Below, piece after piece: positions 59,102-64,000 of a stretch of 64,000 bases of DNA. This stretch comes from Basidiobolus meristosporus CBS 931.73 (lineage: Eukaryota; Fungi; Basidiobolomycota). Position 1 is the first letter of the stretch. Each line of letters opens with the position of its first letter. The notes under the pieces were generated by a model, which was given only the letters and a program-made list of their open reading frames with translations, did no database searches and was not told where the DNA came from. The translations under genes and the position numbers were made by a program. The DNA lies in the NCBI GenBank assembly GCA_002104905.1, contig MCFE01000168.1, positions 81,672 through 145,671 of the forward strand. Reading direction: 5' to 3'.

Positions 59102-62100
59102 AATACCAGTACAGCCAGAAACATCAAAAATCCAAAAAGAACACTTGCAACCTCAATCTAAGTATGATACTACTGCAATTACACAGAAAGTTATCGACAA
59201 ATTCTGGAAATCTCCATTTCCACAACTTACAAATCAAGAAATGTTCACCGCCATCAACAATCTCAGTCAACTACTACCAGAAATGGTTAAGCCTATGAAC
59301 AAAGATATCCTGAAGAATTATCAAGAACAGTCATCAACAACGTTATCAAGTGAACAACTACGATTTGAAGTGGAAAAAGCCTTTTACTCTATAACAACAG
59401 GAAGCTATGCTGCTACAATCAACAATGTTGAAGTGGAATGTGTTTTTGATTCTGGATCAGAAATCAATGCTATCACCGCTATGACTTTTGAAAAAATCAA
59501 ATTGCCATCGACAGAAGTTGACTGGAATATGAGAACTGCTACAGGTGCAACAGAGAAGATGCTTGGACTTTGTCACTCTGTACCAATTGAAATTGGAGGA
59601 ATCAGGGTTACTTCTCCCTTTTTCATTGTTGCCAATGGACCCACTTTTGAGGTATTGTTGGGACAACCATATGAGAGAAAATCTCTTCTACAAGCTGATA
59701 ATAGACCTGATGGAAGCTTATGGCTGACAATCACATCTGACGATCAAAAAAGAAGGGCAACCTTTTGTGCAGCAGAAGAGAATAATCCAAGAAATGCAGA
59801 CACCATTCCAGTACAAAACATACAGGTTCATAAGGATATTTTGTTTTATGATCAACACTTCATTCCATCAACAACAAGTAAGACAAATACTAAGTATAAG
59901 CCAGTTGCATTGAAAGCAAAGCCAGTATCTACTGGAATATCACCATCTGCCCACAACAATCCTCAAATGGAGCCTTTGCACAAATATGACAAAATCAGAC
60001 TCACAGAAGAGAAGCTCAAGGAGTTGGCTATTGGGACTACTCTTTCCACTGAGGAGAGAAGTCTCTTTTTGACTATGCTACAACGCTATGACAATGTCTT
60101 TGCATTTAATGATGCACAAAGAGGATGTTTATCCACAGAGCTATTTCCACCGGTTAAGATCCATACCGTTGAACATACACCATGGGCACTGAGATCATAT
60201 CCTATTCCCTCAAGATTACTGAACAAAGTAATTGAAATGCTACAATCAAGATTTCAAAGTGGAGTCATTGAATATAGCTATGGACCTTATCGCAATCCCT
60301 GGTTTACACCGTTGAAGAAAAATGGAAGTCTACGGTTTATTCAAGACGTACAGCATTTGAATAAGGTCACCATCAAAGATGCTATGCAACCACCCATACA
60401 ACATGAGTATATTGAGTCATTTACTGGATATCCTCTGATTACAACATTGGATCTTTATTCAGGATATGACCAAATACTTCTGGATCCTACCTCAAGAGAT
60501 TTCACCGCTATGGATACACCAATAGGACTCATAAGGATGACAAGAATTCCTCAAGGATGGACAAACTCTGTCCAAAATTATCAATGTGCAATGATTCAAG
60601 TTTTGGATGACTGTTTCCCTGAAATATGCCAACCATTTCTTGATGACATTGCAGTTAAGAATAAGTCCAGAGAAAAAGATACATCGCATGTCTTACCTCA
60701 AGTAAGAAGATATGTTTATGATCACATAAGCACAGTTGAGAGGGTCATGAAGAAACTTCAAGCTTCTGGTCTGACTGTATCAGGAGCCAAATGCAAGTTT
60801 GGCTACGACAAAGCAATCATTCTAGGTGAACTTGTTACTGAAAAAGGGAGATTGCCTGATCCTGCAAAACTTTCATCGGCACTGAATTGGAAGCCACCAA
60901 GGAATATTCATCAAGTCAGACAATTATTAGGACTTACTGGTCTATTCAGAATCTGGATCAAGAACTATGCTCAAATTGCTAAGCCACTGACTCAGTTATT
61001 ACAGAAAAACCAGAAATTTGAATGGCATGAAGAACAGGCAAATGCTATGTGACATTGCTTGAGTCATTATCAAAGCCACCTGTCTTAGCAGACTATAGAC
61101 TACAGTGTTATTGATTCACAACCAATCATTGTATCAGTTGATAGCTCTGGAATCGGGGTTGGTGGAATCATGATTCAAGTTTCAAAAGATCATCATCAAC
61201 AACCTTGCAAATATCTTAGCAGACTATTCAAAGGGAATGAGCTTAACTATCCATCTATCAAGAAAGAAGCACTGGGAGTACTCTATGTACTCAAAAAGCT
61301 AAAGCCATACTTATTAGGAGTACACTTCACACTGGAGGTTGATGCCAAGCCATTATTAGGAATGCTGAATAAGTTGGAGCTTTTGCCTGATCCTATTCTA
61401 GCACGGTGGATATCATACATCCAGATCTTTGACTTTACGCTGCAACACATACCAGGAGCCAATCACAAAGGACCTGATGCCTTATCTAGAAAGCAACCAA
61501 ATTCACCGTACTCAACTGATGATGATGAGATTGATGAGTTCCTTGAAAACACTAGTCTTGGATTCTCATTCAGACATATGATACAAAGCAATTATCAACA
61601 AATCAAGGAATTTCTTACATCACTCAAAGTTCCTGCTGATATTCCCACAAATCAACGCACAAATTTTAAAAAGAAGGCTCTGAAGTTTATACTGCATGAC
61701 GGCACACTTTTCAGAAAAAGCAAACATGGAGTTCCTCGACGGTATATACATAACAAGCATGATCAAGAGAAGATCATTCAAGAATTGCATGAATCTGAAT
61801 CAGGAGGTCATAAGGGAATTACATCAACATATGCAAAAATCTCCTTACGGTATTTTTGGCCAACACTTTACACCGACACAAAAGAATATGTGAAATCATG
61901 TATTCCATGTCAAAGAAGAGACAACCAAAAGATGCATGAACCACTTCACAGTATATACACATCTTATGCTTGGCAAATTGCACATGTAGATATTATACAT
62001 TTACCAAGGGCAACAGCTGGGTATAAGTATGTGGTGGACTGTTGTGATAACTTTACTGGTTGGATAGAGGCTAGAATGCTGAAACAAGCCAATGCAAAAG

Positions 62101-62866
62101 CAGTAGCAAGATTTCTCAAAGAAGATGTATATCTCAGACATGGTTCAGTTGGCACCCTTATTGCAGACAATGGAGAATGTGGATCTTATGAAATACAAGC
62201 ACTAGCAACAAAGCATGGAACCAAGCTTATACATACTACGCCATATCACCCACAAGCAAACTCACCAGTTGAACGTGGACATTCTGCTTTTGCAAACACA
62301 TTAGCAAAGCTTAGCTATGAAGAGCCCAACAAATGGGCAAATAACTTTCATGCAGCAATTTGGTCTGATAGAGTCACGGTTAAAAGAAGTACAGGGTATA
62401 CACCATTTTTTTTAATATATGGACATGAAGCTGTTTTGCCGATAGACATATCTTTTGAGAATTGGCTTACCCTCCCATGGAAACCAACAATGACAACATC
62501 AGAGCTATTGCTAGCAAGAGTACAACAGATTCAACAAGCACACACTCTGCAACAGAATGCAATAGAAAACCTGAAGAAATCCAGAATGGCTGGCAAGGAG
62601 TACTTTGACGCTCAAAATGCCTAAGAAAAACATTGTTAGAAGTAGGTGAGTTGATACTACTTCACAACACAAAAAGCCAAAGAAACAAGGCATCCAAGCT
62701 GGATATGCAATGGCAAGGTCCCTACAAGATCATACATGCAAACAAAAATGGATCTTACAAACTAGCAGAACTTGACGGTACACCACTTGCACTGACACAA
62801 CCTGGTAACAGATTGAAGAAGTTCCATATCAGAAGTAATAATGAGGGCATTATTTCTCAAAGTTAG
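59001..62866 (+). pseudogene. pol: Gypsy Pol (protease, RT, RNase H, integrase) with a compensated frameshift pair at about 61050/61095 and a frameshift at about 62620
   Basis: PR: VFDSGSEIN. RT: LRFIQDVQHLN, LDLYSGYDQI, IPQGWTNS, FLDDI. RH: VDSSGIGVGG, YPSIKKEALG. INT: HES..GGHKG...CIPCQ, HVDI, ADNG, ERGH. The GPY motif (WQGPYKII) lies in a shifted frame. Confidence 0.93.
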
Positions 62867-62874
62867 GGGAGACT

Positions 62875-63968
62875 TGTGGTAATGGAAAGTATTCCATTAC
62901 TACAATATCTCTAAACCAATATTGCACTCATTTCTTTATTTTGCTTTTTGCTATCGTAACACACAAGAGAAAGATCAAGAATTTCCAACTTTGAAGAGCA
63001 AATGCTCCAGACCCTGACAAGCAATCCACCCAAGAATATTATGTCATACAGAACACGTAGTAGCCAACACATGTTTCAAATTACAGCTCATTTGAAGCAG
63101 TACTTAAGGAGTTATGACCAAAAGAGTCCAACTATTATATATACTATGCCTTATTGCTAGGATTACTATGGTGACTTTGATCGCGTGTAACTTTTGAACC
63201 AGCCAATCAAATCACGTGAAATTTTCACAGGTGCTGCGCCTATGTCCGATCTGCGCCACTGCAAAATTTTAGCTTTGTATCACGTGTATTGCTTGCGCAA
63301 TTGCCCAAAAACTTTGATCCTTCAAAATTTTCATATATATGACTTCCCCAGCTGAAAAATAAAGAGAGAGCCTCTCTTTCCAGAATCTCCACACTACGAT
63401 TACAAGTTTAAAGGTTATAAGACTTCCCCTGCATCACTTGCACTGTTGAGTATTCTGACTTTGATCAGTACTACATCAGTAAAGAGACTGCAAAGCTCAC
63501 AAGAATCCAATCTAAGTTCTACAAGAAACTACCACTTTTCTGTCGGAAAAGTCCCCTCTAAGAAACCCCTTTACTCTAAAGACACCCCTTTAGACACCCC
63601 TTTAGGTCTAAAGACCCCTTTAGAGAACTTCTACAACACACCCCTTTAGGTTAAAGGGGAGTTCAGAATTTCCATATTAGGAAATATTTTCTCAGAAAGG
63701 AAAGTGACTTCCAAATAAGGAAAGTTACTATAAAGTAAATAAGCCCATTAGTCAACAGAAGGTCAGAACACTGCTGTAGAAGTGATAACACTGCCTACAG
63801 TATATTTTGAGCCCAAGATTGAGGAAGTTAGTGAAGTTATATCTTCTATCAGTATATCAAACTCCCAATAAACTATTTCAGTATTAGCATACTGGAAGTT
63901 GTTGTATATTGTTGATTAGCCTCTACATTGTAGAACAAGCCCCAAACTAATCATAATACAACACAACA
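62875..63968 (+). repeat. Gypsy 3' LTR (1094 bp)
   Basis: Preceded by AGTTAGGGGAGACT (PPT); same termini as the 5' LTR, with a shorter internal tandem array. Confidence 0.95.
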
Positions 63969-64000
63969 GATGTTTTTATTTTAGCTGTCAATAGCCTGAA

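Larger units (their letters stand above)
56619..63968 (+). mobile_element. Near full-length Ty3/gypsy LTR retrotransposon
   Basis: Paired TG...CA LTRs, a PBS, gag, PR-RT-RNaseH-INT domain order and a purine-rich PPT just before 62875. Confidence 0.96.

Noticed and set aside
61040-62640. Pol frameshifts as programmed recoding
   Set aside because: The compensating -1/+1 pair and the single-base loss in a CC run look like decay or long-read indels. Similar one-base homopolymer differences occur between the LTRs.
1-64000. tRNA, rRNA, snRNA genes and a KAPA synthase (bioF/BIO6) gene
   Set aside because: No cloverleaf, rRNA or snRNA signature was recognised by eye and no AONS-type PLP enzyme motif was found. 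tRNAscan-SE and Infernal would be needed to exclude small RNAs.

Overview
This is eukaryotic, intron-containing fungal DNA with short (about 60-70 nt) GT-AG introns. Gene content and style suggest an early-diverging fungus, possibly Basidiobolus/Zoopagomycota; this is inference only. From about 0.5 to 51.4 kb the window is gene-dense, with about 19 protein-coding genes: RPS7, a secreted I9 inhibitor, two Cdc25 paralogues, a PPR protein, an exportin-6-like karyopherin, RNase H2A, biotin synthase, a bacterial-type amidohydrolase, a Hua1-like Zn-finger protein, MRS2, fused BIO3-BIO1, a UPF0658-like membrane protein, SmG, a TPR-metallo-beta-lactamase fusion, an alpha-arrestin, a Pho85-type cyclin, a degenerate-SH3 protein and a KDM5-like protein. 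A gene-poor, partly transposon-derived stretch lies at about 37-43 kb. From about 52.2 kb to the end is a CpG-depleted transposon cluster: decayed Ty1/copia copies with two inverted solo LTRs nested in them, then a near-complete Ty3/gypsy element. The most interesting signals are (1) a loose biotin gene cluster with an intronless, signal-peptide-bearing, bacterial-type amidohydrolase inserted in it, (2) a KDM5-like protein lacking its first Fe(II)-binding His, (3) an XPO6-like gene, (4) a TPR-MBL fusion, and (5) inverted-LTR hairpin structures together with CpG-biased LTR decay. Exon boundaries were read by eye and family assignments come from recalled motifs; no database search was run. Homopolymer indels suggest some frameshifts may be sequencing errors.
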